A stretch of 64,000 nucleotides of DNA from an uncultured Coxiella sp. (GCA_902538855.1 CACBGS010000005.1:435-64434); one strand, 5' to 3'. Positions 8,272-18,424 are shown, numbered from the stretch's first letter. Numbers and translations: made by a program. The notes: generated by a model from the sequence alone, not told the origin.

Positions 8272-11200
8272 ATGAAAGCAAAGGGAACGCCTAGAAGCAT
8301 ATTTTCGAGCATCAGCAGTTATTTTTTTTATTCATCCGAACCACCAAATTATAAAAGCCTAAAAGAACAAAACAAAACAAAAACAACAAAAAACACTTTC
8401 ACAAAACTAACAAACTTCATTAAATATTTTAATCCGCTTAACTCCCAAATATACAAAAATCTATCTTCTGCAATCACAGAAGCAAACAAAATATTAGAAA
8501 ACCCTAAAGACTTAATTACGCCACCAGCTAAAAGTGCTGTTGAAAAAGAATACTATAGTAAAAAAGATGTTTGGTCATTTTGCTGGGAGACATACTACAA
8601 CAACAACAAATTACCACATTTAATTGCAATATTACTTGCCTCAATAGCAATTGGCTGCCTACCCTTTGTATACTTAAACCTCTTCAAACTATATTTTGAC
8701 AGCCAGATCAGCAGCAATTATGCATTTTTCATTAACTGCACATTAGCTGTAACCACATGGGGAATTCTTAGAACAGTTTTAGAAAATAAACTAACAGAAT
8801 TATCAGAGCGATTATTCATAAATGTGTCTTATAAGTTCATACAAAAAGCTAATACAAAACTTTGTGAATTCCAAAGCTTACGCGAGCGCAAACAAGAGGA
8901 AAAAAATTCTGAAAGGGACAACTTTCAAGAAACTGTTGGCCAAGTTTTTAAACAACACATTGTTATCATCAGTAACATCATCAATTACAGCTTAAAAGCC
9001 GCTACCAGCATTTACTATATTTACGCAACCTGTAAAAAAACGATACTCAACATTTGGCTGACAGCTCTTATAATACCCATGTTTTTACTAGCTGTTTTAC
9101 GTAAAGCTCCAGACGAACAACACAAAAAGCTAAGTAACTTACTAATAACAAAAATAAGGCCCAGCTACGCAAAATTATTTAAAAGCGCACTCAATGATAA
9201 AGACAGCTTTAAATTAAACGGTAACGATTGCTTAAGAGGCACCGCAACAACAGAACTAAATGGTTGTTCAAAAACCAACCGCGACGCTGAGAGAGAATTA
9301 TCCCAATACAAATCCATAACTGAATCCATGAAAAAAATATGTGATAAAATCAATGAAACACTTGCAGCCCTTGTCGTTTACAACATATACGGCATGCCAA
9401 GCACTTCAAACAGTGCTGCATTTGCATTTGGCTTTGGTGCACTAACGCAAATCAAAGAAGCTCTTAAAAAAACCTGTGACAGCCTGACTAATCTAGCATT
9501 TAAGGAAAAAAGAGCAGTAGATAAAATGGTAAACAAATTTGACCCAGTCAGCGCATTTATGACTACACATAAAGTAAGAAAAGAGTTCCTTAAAGAAAAT
9601 ATCAGACCAGATAATACATTACCTACATTCCTATCCAGCTGCATGTTTATAAGCAGCATTACCACCACATTTTATGCTGCAAGTCTAGGTTTTAATCTAG
9701 TTTTCGAAAAAACAATATTACTAACCATGGGCCTTTCTACAAACATCGATATGCTCTACAGTAATAGCCTAGTCTGCTGTAGTACACTAGTAGCGTGCAG
9801 CCTATGGAAAATACTCTTTAGAAAAATGTCTTCTAACAGTAACAAGCACATAGCAAAACACACTAATTTTTTTTCAATATGTCAAATACTAGTACCTGAC
9901 TGTGATAATCTACCAATAAATTTTATTGGCTTCATACTAACCCAACTGATAATATACATACCATTCAAACTCTACGTAGCTACTATTTTGAGTTTGAGTA
10001 TATCACAACCGTATATTATGCTACTTAGAATCATCCTTAGTGTAACCATACAAAACAGTATAAATAAAATAGTACATTATTACTTAACACCATTGAAAAC
10101 GATTGAAAAAATATTCACAGCACCGCAAGCAACTAAACCTGCAAACAACGAACCAATCTGCATAAACACCATGAAAACTGGCAAAGTAATGATATTTAGT
10201 GAGTATGATGAAGAGAAGCACAAATGGGTTACAAAAAAAGAATACATTAGTAATAAATCTATCAAAATTCACAATGGTATAACAAAAGTCTCAGCAAGAA
10301 ATGGAGTCGGGAAAAGCCTACTAATGAAAGGTATTATCAACTCTACACATAGTAATACAGAAAGTGTTAAAGACAAATTACAAGAATATGAAATGAAGAT
10401 AACACCACAGCTACAAAGTCAAGAAGTGGTATATTTTCCACAAGGAAGAAACGCAAAAGAAGAAACAACAACTGCCGTAGGAATTACAAGTGACTTTACA
10501 GGTACAGATGTCGAAGGTATTTCAAAAGACTTTAAGATTCAAAACTCAACCAGTCTTAATATTACTAATCATCCGAAACATAAAGAGGATTTAGCTTTAA
10601 ACGCCGACCAAAGATATTTTCTAAAGCACACTATTCTTACTGATCACAACGATTGCAACATTGATTATACCAAGCTCAATGATGAGCACAAAGCAATTGT
10701 GAATGATATCCTTAGCAAGGACAGCACATACTTAAATAAATGGCGAGAAATATTAACAAGTCTAGAAGGGGTTGGCAAAAATGATAAGTGCAATAACTGT
10801 TGTAAATTCATTTTAGATCAACAAGGAAAAAATGGCGGCACATTTGCAAAAATAATCTGGGCTTTTCAAGCCACATTATTGACTGTACCGCATATAAAAC
10901 TACTTATACTCGACGAACCAGGTAACGAAGTAGACCCAGAATCAAGAAGCAAAGGCTACGAAATCCTCGATAACCTTGCTAGACAAAACAATAAAAAAGT
11001 TCTTTCTATTGACCACGATGACAAAAACAACAGCAGCTCAGAAAGCATAAATAATTCATACCCTAGAATAGAGCTTAAAATAGAAAATGGTAAAGTAAGT
11101 GTATCTCAACATTTAGACAATCAACAACCGCAAGATAACCTACTGGTAGACACCTCTAGTAGCAATGTAAGTAGTCCTGAGAACTCACCAGAAAAAAACC

Positions 11201-11325
11201 TAAGAAAACCATTTCCTATTACAAAAGCAGTTTCCTATCAAGAACTAGAAGATGGATCACCACGTAACGATACTCACACCTTCTACAATCGGCGGAATGA
11301 ACATAACAGTAGTCCTTTTCGCTAA
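8272..11325 (+). CDS. Divergent ABC-type protein: long polytopic membrane domain fused to an atypical ATPase domain, with a low-complexity tail
   Basis: 1017 aa. NBD-like motifs are Walker A ARNGVGKS (about aa 675-682), Q-loop YFPQG, degenerate signature NGGTFAKIIWAFQ (about aa 854), Walker B KLLILDEP (about aa 876) and H-loop LSIDHD (about aa 911). AGGAG lies 7 nt before the ATG. Confidence 0.6.
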   Translation: MKAKGTPRSIFSSISSYFFYSSEPPNYKSLKEQNKTKTTKNTFTKLTNFIKYFNPLNSQIYKNLSSAITEANKILENPKDLITPPAKSAVEKEYYSKKDVWSFCWETYYNNNKLPHLIAILLASIAIGCLPFVYLNLFKLYFDSQISSNYAFFINCTLAVTTWGILRTVLENKLTELSERLFINVSYKFIQKANTKLCEFQSLRERKQEEKNSERDNFQETVGQVFKQHIVIISNIINYSLKAATSIYYIYATCKKTILNIWLTALIIPMFLLAVLRKAPDEQHKKLSNLLITKIRPSYAKLFKSALNDKDSFKLNGNDCLRGTATTELNGCSKTNRDAERELSQYKSITESMKKICDKINETLAALVVYNIYGMPSTSNSAAFAFGFGALTQIKEALKKTCDSLTNLAFKEKRAVDKMVNKFDPVSAFMTTHKVRKEFLKENIRPDNTLPTFLSSCMFISSITTTFYAASLGFNLVFEKTILLTMGLSTNIDMLYSNSLVCCSTLVACSLWKILFRKMSSNSNKHIAKHTNFFSICQILVPDCDNLPINFIGFILTQLIIYIPFKLYVATILSLSISQPYIMLLRIILSVTIQNSINKIVHYYLTPLKTIEKIFTAPQATKPANNEPICINTMKTGKVMIFSEYDEEKHKWVTKKEYISNKSIKIHNGITKVSARNGVGKSLLMKGIINSTHSNTESVKDKLQEYEMKITPQLQSQEVVYFPQGRNAKEETTTAVGITSDFTGTDVEGISKDFKIQNSTSLNITNHPKHKEDLALNADQRYFLKHTILTDHNDCNIDYTKLNDEHKAIVNDILSKDSTYLNKWREILTSLEGVGKNDKCNNCCKFILDQQGKNGGTFAKIIWAFQATLLTVPHIKLLILDEPGNEVDPESRSKGYEILDNLARQNNKKVLSIDHDDKNNSSSESINNSYPRIELKIENGKVSVSQHLDNQQPQDNLLVDTSSSNVSSPENSPEKNLRKPFPITKAVSYQELEDGSPRNDTHTFYNRRNEHNSSPFR

Positions 11326-11559
11326 ATTAAAATAATTATACTCAAGTTAAGTAGAAGGATTGTGTGGAAATACACTTGCATTAATTGTCAATTTAATCTA
11401 GTATACAGACATCATTTTTCATTGAACAATCGTGGCTAAGACAGCGAAGCATCTGCCAGCAATTACTAATTCAAATCCCTTGTTAATTTCCTTGACCAAA
11501 CAAGTTGCACCTGCTCAACGCTTGTTTGCACATTATTATAGCGCATTAGGAGTAACCGC

Positions 11560-13311
11560 ATGCCAGACGTAAAACCAACTTCAACAGCTAATAAAAAAGA
11601 AAGCCCTATTAAACTATGGCGAGATGGCACATGGTTTGTATTCAAGTCAACGTATAATATGGGTGAACTACCATATATGATCGGGACATACCTCAACTCT
11701 GCTATATTAGGCATGACATCAAGTATAATTATCTTTTTTACTAAAATCAGCTTCCAAGTACTCAGCTCCCCTACAGCAACAAAAGCCATGTATTTAGCAG
11801 TTAATTTCTACAGTATGTTAAGTGCATTTTTAATTCGCTGTGTTTACATGAATACAATTACTGAAATATCGAAAAACTTTAGTATAAAAGAGTGGCGTAA
11901 TACACAAAAGATAATTGCTATTAAAGAAGAAGATATGCGCACTGATAGCAAAGGATCTTACCAAAAAATTATTGAAAACATGAGTAATGATGAATTTGAT
12001 AAACACGCAAATGCACGTAAAGGTCATGCACAAAGCACTGTTTCAAACACTGAGAAGTTTATTAACTCCACACATCTCTTTATTCAGTCAACACTTCAAG
12101 CAAGCGTCGCAGTATTATCTTCATGCCTAGCTCTCTCAGGGGCACATCTACCAATGATAGTAGTTAGTGTTGTTGGTATTGGTGTACTTGTAGGCGCTGG
12201 ACTACACCTACAGTTTAACTACGCGACAACAGCTAAAGAAGCATATATAGCACACAAACAGAAATCAACAACCTCATTACAAAGTCAGTATACTGCTAGA
12301 AAACCACAAAACAAACTTAATGATTTAGAAGAGAATATCAATAAGGCGAGCGAATACCAAAATAAAGTTGCTAGAATAGACAATTTTACCAACATGCTAT
12401 ATCGTGCTATGACTGATCTTCCTGAGTATGTTATCACCTTTATCACTGTAGCAGCGTTTATTCCGACTTTCCCAATCGCTAGCATAAATAACAGTATCAC
12501 CATAGCAACAATGAGTCTATTCTCCGTACCACTATTACTAGCAATGAGTAAATCTCTTGCTAGCATGGTTAAAGAAACCTCAGCAGTTATTAGGCAGGCA
12601 AGTAATATTAGTGAATGTGCATCAAACTATAAAAGCTTAAAAGAAAATCTTTTTAAAGATATACAGAACTATACCGGACAATCTGTTGAAGCAGGCTGTA
12701 AATATTTTCTAGAACCCTTGAAAAAAACTAGCAAGTACATTATGAAGAATGCTCTAGAGAACTTAGCTATCGGACTACTGATCAGTACCAGCTTTAACCT
12801 ATACTATGACAGCATGATAGTATCAGGTATTGTAGGTGGAACTACCATGCTTGCAAGTACTTTTAACAGTATTGCATTATGGTCTACCGGCACTATAATC
12901 GCCGCCATAGCACTGCCATTTTGTAAAAAATTTCTAGAAGGAAAAAAACATGTCAGCACTATTTATGATAAAGGTAACACCCTATTCAGTCTAAGCTCTA
13001 GTATTCTACTAAGCCAAATACTGCATGGCAGCATACATATCGTTAACCCAATGGCAAGTTTTTGCATATTATTCAATATATTAATGCCGACAATGAGCTT
13101 TGTTGCTAATAAATATCTAGTACCTAGTGTTAGCCATATTGAAAAACCCAGTATAGAACGTTTACATAATATCGCCAGAGCAGCAAATGTTTTTAAGACC
13201 AAAACTAATAGCACAGAACACAAAGGGCTTAAAAAAGATATCAAACCTAATCAAAAAAACAAAATACAAGCACAAGAATGGGGTAGCTGGTTAGGCTACA
13301 TAATGAGATAA
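11560..13311 (+). CDS. Polytopic membrane protein, paralog of the 13379 gene and of the membrane domain of the 8272 gene; no ATPase domain
   Basis: 583 aa. The N-terminal third is nearly colinear with the next gene (YMIGTY..AILGMTSSIIIFFT..TATKA..LAVNF.SM..AFLIRC.YMN.ITEISK.F). AGGAG lies upstream of the ATG. Confidence 0.65.
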   Translation: MPDVKPTSTANKKESPIKLWRDGTWFVFKSTYNMGELPYMIGTYLNSAILGMTSSIIIFFTKISFQVLSSPTATKAMYLAVNFYSMLSAFLIRCVYMNTITEISKNFSIKEWRNTQKIIAIKEEDMRTDSKGSYQKIIENMSNDEFDKHANARKGHAQSTVSNTEKFINSTHLFIQSTLQASVAVLSSCLALSGAHLPMIVVSVVGIGVLVGAGLHLQFNYATTAKEAYIAHKQKSTTSLQSQYTARKPQNKLNDLEENINKASEYQNKVARIDNFTNMLYRAMTDLPEYVITFITVAAFIPTFPIASINNSITIATMSLFSVPLLLAMSKSLASMVKETSAVIRQASNISECASNYKSLKENLFKDIQNYTGQSVEAGCKYFLEPLKKTSKYIMKNALENLAIGLLISTSFNLYYDSMIVSGIVGGTTMLASTFNSIALWSTGTIIAAIALPFCKKFLEGKKHVSTIYDKGNTLFSLSSSILLSQILHGSIHIVNPMASFCILFNILMPTMSFVANKYLVPSVSHIEKPSIERLHNIARAANVFKTKTNSTEHKGLKKDIKPNQKNKIQAQEWGSWLGYIMR

Positions 13312-13378
13312 TTATGAACATGAACACTCTAACCACCGTTAATATTTATTTACTTAATTCAGTTTTAGGAGCAATCTA

Positions 13379-15136
13379 ATGGGTGATGCAAAGACCAGCA
13401 GCAAAACGAAAAACTCTTTATATATTAAAATCAAAAAATGGTGGGAAGGTACTAAGCTTGTATTTAGATCAACTCATAATATGGGCATGACGCCCTACAT
13501 GATTGGAACTTACTTTTGTTACGCTATATTAGGCATGACATCCAGTATCATCATTTTCTTCACTTCTTTAAGCTATGGCGTCTTCCGTTCAAAAACTGCG
13601 ACTAAAGCCACTTTTTTAGCAGTAAACTTTTTCAGCATGGCAACTGCATTTTTAATTAGATGCTATTATATGAATAAGATTACTGAAATATCTAAGTGTT
13701 TTGGTAACGCTGAATGGCATAATACGACAACTTTGATGGCCCTCAAGGAAAAAGAGATACGTTCAAAAGACAATCCCCTATACACTAAATTTGAAAAAGA
13801 ACACTATAGCAGTAATGATAAAAAAGAAAAGTTAAAATCATCTAGAGATACTGATGCGCAATACTCTGTTTCAGAAACTGAAAAAGTCATAGCCTCTACA
13901 CACAAATTTGTACAATCAATGATACAAGCAACCGTTGCTATCATTTCATCATGTCTAGCACTCTCAAGCGCTCACCTACCAATGATGATGATCACAGTTA
14001 TCAGTACACTAACTATAATAAGCACAGCACTACTTATACAGTTTGAATTAGTAACACCAGCAAAAGCAAAATACAAATTTGCTAAAGGCGATGCTGTTGC
14101 AATACTAAAGAAAATGTTCTCTTTTGCAAAAGATGACGAAGATATTCAATTCCTCAATGACGTAAAGAAAAATATGGATACTGCGCAACAAAAAGCAGAT
14201 GAATTTGCAGGCTATGATAATACTGGACAATTATTATATCGCTTCATGACTGATTTATCAGAATATATCATCACCTTTACAGTTGTCACAGCATTTATTC
14301 CTTCTTTTCCAGTGACCTCTATCACAGGCGGCCCATTCAGTGCTGGAATGACTGCATTCTCTGGACTTTCATTACTTGCCATGAGTAAATCTTTATCCAG
14401 TATGGTTAAAGACGCATCTGCATTTATCAGAAGCTCCGGCGAGATAAGTGAAGTAGCCTCAGGATACGATGCTATAAGAAATCTACTTGAGCAAATTAGC
14501 ACTTACACACAGACTAAACTGGAAGAAAGTTGCAAACTATTCTTAGACCCTAAGAAAAAAGAACTAAACTACATCACTAAAAATGCAGTAGAATGCCTTA
14601 TTTTGGGTGTATTCATAAGCACCGGCTTCAATCTTTACTATGATGCTATGATAATATCTGGTGTTATCAATTCCAGCACTATGCTAGCAGCAACAATTAA
14701 TAGTATCACATCATGGTCTGTTGGGCTTATGACAGCAACTTTTGCTGCAAATTACTACATAAAATCACAAAACAAAAACCGCAGTACCAGTGATAAAAAT
14801 CATGACTACGGCAATATATTATTCAGTACAAGCGCAAGTATTTTAATAGGACAAATACTACATAATACAATAAACTTTATTAACCCAATGGCTAGCTTTT
14901 GTGTTATTTTTACTACTTTAATGCCCACGATGAGCATTATAGCTAACAAATATCTTATACCTAGTATCAGTAATGCAGAGAAAAGTAAAATAATAAATAT
15001 TCATGATATTGCAGTAAAAGCCAATATAATAGAAAAACCTAACAAAGCAAAGAACAAAGCCCCTATTAAAGAAGATACAAAAAGAAAAAAAACAGACAAA
15101 GGTATATGGAATAATTTAACTAGACTAGTATGCTAA
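13379..15136 (+). CDS. Polytopic membrane protein, tandem paralog of the 11560 gene; no ATPase domain
   Basis: 585 aa. Blocks shared with the 11560 product include LLAMSKSL.SMVK..SA.IR, ST.FNLYYD.MI.SG and NPMASFC..F..LMPTMS..ANKYL.PS.S. AGGAG lies upstream of the ATG. Confidence 0.65.
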   Translation: MGDAKTSSKTKNSLYIKIKKWWEGTKLVFRSTHNMGMTPYMIGTYFCYAILGMTSSIIIFFTSLSYGVFRSKTATKATFLAVNFFSMATAFLIRCYYMNKITEISKCFGNAEWHNTTTLMALKEKEIRSKDNPLYTKFEKEHYSSNDKKEKLKSSRDTDAQYSVSETEKVIASTHKFVQSMIQATVAIISSCLALSSAHLPMMMITVISTLTIISTALLIQFELVTPAKAKYKFAKGDAVAILKKMFSFAKDDEDIQFLNDVKKNMDTAQQKADEFAGYDNTGQLLYRFMTDLSEYIITFTVVTAFIPSFPVTSITGGPFSAGMTAFSGLSLLAMSKSLSSMVKDASAFIRSSGEISEVASGYDAIRNLLEQISTYTQTKLEESCKLFLDPKKKELNYITKNAVECLILGVFISTGFNLYYDAMIISGVINSSTMLAATINSITSWSVGLMTATFAANYYIKSQNKNRSTSDKNHDYGNILFSTSASILIGQILHNTINFINPMASFCVIFTTLMPTMSIIANKYLIPSISNAEKSKIINIHDIAVKANIIEKPNKAKNKAPIKEDTKRKKTDKGIWNNLTRLVC

Positions 15137-15149
15137 AATATAACTGATT

Positions 15150-15179
15150 AGAAGCCGTGTTTAATCGCGGCTTTTTTTT
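15150..15179 (+). terminator. Putative rho-independent terminator of the 13379-15136 gene
   Basis: The stem AGAAGCCG / CGGCTTTT (core AAGCCG/CGGCTT) has a 10-nt loop and runs into a run of 8 T. It overlaps the 3' end of the convergent ORF 15161-15592. Confidence 0.5.
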
Positions 15180-15592
15180 ATCTGAGCTGCCCAATTAAGT
15201 AAACTACTTTTTAAACCTTCATGCTCTAAGCTATCAGCTAATTTTTTTAACGATGAAGACAACTGCCTTGGCAACTTAGGCAATTTCTTATTAGTATTAT
15301 TTGCCGCAAACACTACAGGTAATAGCTTAAATACCACCGTATCAACCTTTGGCAAATGGCCAGTCTTAGCACAAGCACAGAGAATATCATCTATATATTG
15401 ATTCATAGCAAGATAATGTGTCGCAGAGGAAAGATATACTATTAGCTTAGCTTTTGAATACACGACTGATGCAATATTAGCTACAGCATTAGGATGAATC
15501 ACGCTACATACCAACTTATGAAAAGCTTTTGCTTGTACAACTTTGTGCGTATAGTTTTTTACTACTACGCTATCACTAACAGACGTTACCAT
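15161..15592 (-). CDS. DUF721/DciA-like protein (possible replicative helicase loader)
   Basis: 143 aa. The central pattern KLIVYLSSATHYLAMNQYIDDIL....VDTVVFKL resembles the DUF721 core (L.V.V.S.AWA.EL....IL..L...I..I.F). The position divergent from secA fits my recollection of other gammaproteobacteria. Assignment is from memory only. Confidence 0.45.
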   Translation of the reverse strand: MVTSVSDSVVVKNYTHKVVQAKAFHKLVCSVIHPNAVANIASVVYSKAKLIVYLSSATHYLAMNQYIDDILCACAKTGHLPKVDTVVFKLLPVVFAANNTNKKLPKLPRQLSSSLKKLADSLEHEGLKSSLLNWAAQIKKSRD

Positions 15593-15706
15593 ATCTTTCT
15601 CCTAATACTGAAATATAATAACAACACATACAGCATAGTTGAAGTTCTATTGCTATAAAGTTGTTTTTAAGCTATAATAAATGCAATTTTTAGCAATAGT
15701 ATCAGC

Positions 15707-18178
15707 GTGTTTTCAAAATTACTAAAATTCTTTCTCGGCAGCAAAAACGATCGATTCATGCGCAAAATGCGCCCTACTATCAAAGCCATCAATGCGCTAG
15801 AAGATAAATTCAGCAACTATAGTAACGAGCAATTACAACAGCTATGTCAAGAACTACGTGAACGTGCGCAAAAAGAACCCTTAGAAAAACTTATTGACCA
15901 AACCTTTGCTATGGTCAGAGAAGCAAGTAAACGCACACTAAAACTAAGACACTATGACGTACAATTAATAGGTGGTCTTGCATTGCATTATGGCAACATA
16001 GCAGAAATGGCAACAGGTGAAGGTAAAACATTAGTAGCGACACTACCAGTCGTGCTCAATGCACTCAAAGGTGACGGCGTACATGTAGTTACTGTTAACA
16101 GCTACCTAGCAACTCGTGATGCCCAATGGATGGGTAAAATATATGAATTTCTTGGCCTAAGTGTTGGTGTAATTGTACCCAATATGACAACAGAAGATAG
16201 AAAGCAAGCCTACCAAGCCGATATCACTTACGCATGCAACAATGAGCTTGGCTTTGACTATCTCAGAGATAATATGGCCACAAGCAAGCAGGAGCAACGT
16301 CAAAGAAAACTAGCATATGCTATTGTTGACGAAGTCGATTCTATATTAATTGATGAAGCAAGAACACCTCTTATCATTTCAGGACCTATTGGTAGCAGCT
16401 CTGATAATTATAAAAAAATATACCCACTAATTGCACAACTAAGTGATAGTTCTGAGACCCCAGATGTTACAATAAACATTAAAGATCGCCAAGTGCAACT
16501 AACAGAACATGGCCACGAAAACATTGAAAATATACTAAAAAAAGAAAAAATACTGAGCTCTGAAAAAAATCTATATGCTAATGAAAATGCCATGTTACTA
16601 CATTTTGTTGATGCATGTTTACGCGCAAAATTTATTCTTAAGCGTGACATAGACTATATTGTAAATAACAAACAAGTAATTATTATAGATGAAAATACTG
16701 GCAGAGCCATGCCTGGAAGACGCTGGTCAAATGGTAATCATCAAGCCGTAGAAGCTAAAGAGCATGTACCTATACAAGAAGAAAATCAAACACTGGCATC
16801 TATCACCTATCAGAATTACTTTAGATTATATAAAAAGCTTGGTGGCATGACAGGGACAGCAGATACTGAAGCCACAGAGCTAGAAGAAATCTACCGTCTA
16901 CAAGTATTAGTTATACCAACGAATAAAAAATGCTTACGCATAGATCATGATGACTTGATCTATATGTCTAAAAAAGAAAAATATGCAGCTATTGTAAAGG
17001 AAATTATCAGCCGTAATAAAAAACAACAACCTATATTGATAGGAACCACATCTATTGAGGATTCAGAGTATTTATCTACCCTATTAAAAAAAGAAAAAAT
17101 ACCACATCGTGTCCTTAATGCTAAGCAACATGAAGCTGAAGCTGAGATTATTGCCTCAGCAGGTGAGCCTGGAAAAGTAACCATAGCTACCAATATGGCA
17201 GGTAGAGGTACCGATATTATGCTTGGAGGCAACCTTGAGCATCAATTACAAACCAGTAAAAATCCAGAAAAAACTAGAGAGCAGTGGCAACAGCAGCACC
17301 AAACTGTCATCGAAGCTGGGGGCTTACATCTACTCGGATCAGAACGCAATGAAAGTAGGCGCGTAGACAATCAACTACGTGGGCGCTGCGCAAGACAAGG
17401 TGATCCAGGAAGCTCACAGTTCTTCTTATCATTAGAAGATCACTTATTTAAAATTTTTCCACAAGGCGTAATCAACTTTATTAAAACTTCAGCTAATGAA
17501 GATGGCTCACACCTGCAAGCCCCCATGCTTAATAATGCTATTGCTAGCAATCAACAAAAAATGGAAGCTCATTATTTTGATATTCGTAAACAAATACTTA
17601 AGTATGATGATATTGCCAATGAACAACGCACCGTTCTCTATCAACAACGTAATGAACTACTTGAACTTGAAAGTATCCATGACCAAATCTTTAAGTTAAT
17701 TGAAAAACAATGCATTAACATCTTAGAACAATCACAAGTTCACGGGGTTGTTGCCATGGACAAAGCTAAAAACAAACTAAGCGAACAGTTTTTAAGCCAT
17801 CCATTTGAAGAACACGAAAAAGCAGAGAACATAGCTACAATGAGTCATAGACTAGCAGACTACTACTATACAAACTATTGTAAAAAAATGACAGTGATCC
17901 CTGTTAACGAGCATCACAACCTTGAAAAAAACCTACTACTGCAAATACTAGATCACCACTGGAAAGAACATTTAGTTATAATGGAAGATTTAAGAGAAAG
18001 TATTGGTTTTAGAGGCTATGCTCAAAGAAACCCTGAGCATGAGTATAAAATAGAATCATACAATCTATTTAAAGACATGCTTTCCAGAATTGCATTTGAT
18101 TTCGTGGCACACCTGATAAAAATAGAAATTAAAGTAACAGCTACCAGCGAGATGGTAACAGATAATGCCCCTAGCTAA
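15707..18178 (+). CDS. secA: Preprotein translocase ATPase SecA (short form lacking the C-terminal zinc-binding tail)
   Basis: 823 aa. Motifs include MATGEGKTLVATLP (Walker A), AIVDEVDSILIDEARTPLIISG (DEAD-like), GMTGTADTEA and TNMAGRGTDI. GTG start. The protein ends just after the helical wing/IRA1 region. Confidence 0.95.
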   Translation: MFSKLLKFFLGSKNDRFMRKMRPTIKAINALEDKFSNYSNEQLQQLCQELRERAQKEPLEKLIDQTFAMVREASKRTLKLRHYDVQLIGGLALHYGNIAEMATGEGKTLVATLPVVLNALKGDGVHVVTVNSYLATRDAQWMGKIYEFLGLSVGVIVPNMTTEDRKQAYQADITYACNNELGFDYLRDNMATSKQEQRQRKLAYAIVDEVDSILIDEARTPLIISGPIGSSSDNYKKIYPLIAQLSDSSETPDVTINIKDRQVQLTEHGHENIENILKKEKILSSEKNLYANENAMLLHFVDACLRAKFILKRDIDYIVNNKQVIIIDENTGRAMPGRRWSNGNHQAVEAKEHVPIQEENQTLASITYQNYFRLYKKLGGMTGTADTEATELEEIYRLQVLVIPTNKKCLRIDHDDLIYMSKKEKYAAIVKEIISRNKKQQPILIGTTSIEDSEYLSTLLKKEKIPHRVLNAKQHEAEAEIIASAGEPGKVTIATNMAGRGTDIMLGGNLEHQLQTSKNPEKTREQWQQQHQTVIEAGGLHLLGSERNESRRVDNQLRGRCARQGDPGSSQFFLSLEDHLFKIFPQGVINFIKTSANEDGSHLQAPMLNNAIASNQQKMEAHYFDIRKQILKYDDIANEQRTVLYQQRNELLELESIHDQIFKLIEKQCINILEQSQVHGVVAMDKAKNKLSEQFLSHPFEEHEKAENIATMSHRLADYYYTNYCKKMTVIPVNEHHNLEKNLLLQILDHHWKEHLVIMEDLRESIGFRGYAQRNPEHEYKIESYNLFKDMLSRIAFDFVAHLIKIEIKVTATSEMVTDNAPS

Positions 18179-18189
18179 AACAGTACACC

Positions 18190-18420
18190 CTACCAATAGC
18201 TAGATAAGTACTCTATCAAAGAAAACACTACCAGTTGGCTCAAAAAATCTGACCAAACAATATCTTGATAGGAGAATCTATATAAATAGTAACTGATATA
18301 ACTTAGAATCACGCAAGCAAACATAAAAGATCCAAGTGACCAAATATTAATGAATATAACTGCACCCATAACTAATAAAGAAAACAATATCACATAATAC
18401 ATAAGATTGATCCTAGACAA
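18190..18420 (-). CDS. Small 2-TM membrane protein, hypothetical
   Basis: 76 aa with two hydrophobic helices. It lies 4 nt downstream of the preceding ORF in the same operon-like string. Confidence 0.4.
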   Translation of the reverse strand: MSRINLMYYVILFSLLVMGAVIFINIWSLGSFMFACVILSYISYYLYRFSYQDIVWSDFLSQLVVFSLIEYLSSYW

Positions 18421-18424
18421 AAAA

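Noticed and set aside
11466..11789. 107-aa minus-strand ORF spanning the start of the 11560 gene and its upstream region
   Set aside because: It is antisense to the well-conserved N-terminus shared by the two tandem paralogs. No motif or RBS supports it, so it is most likely spurious.
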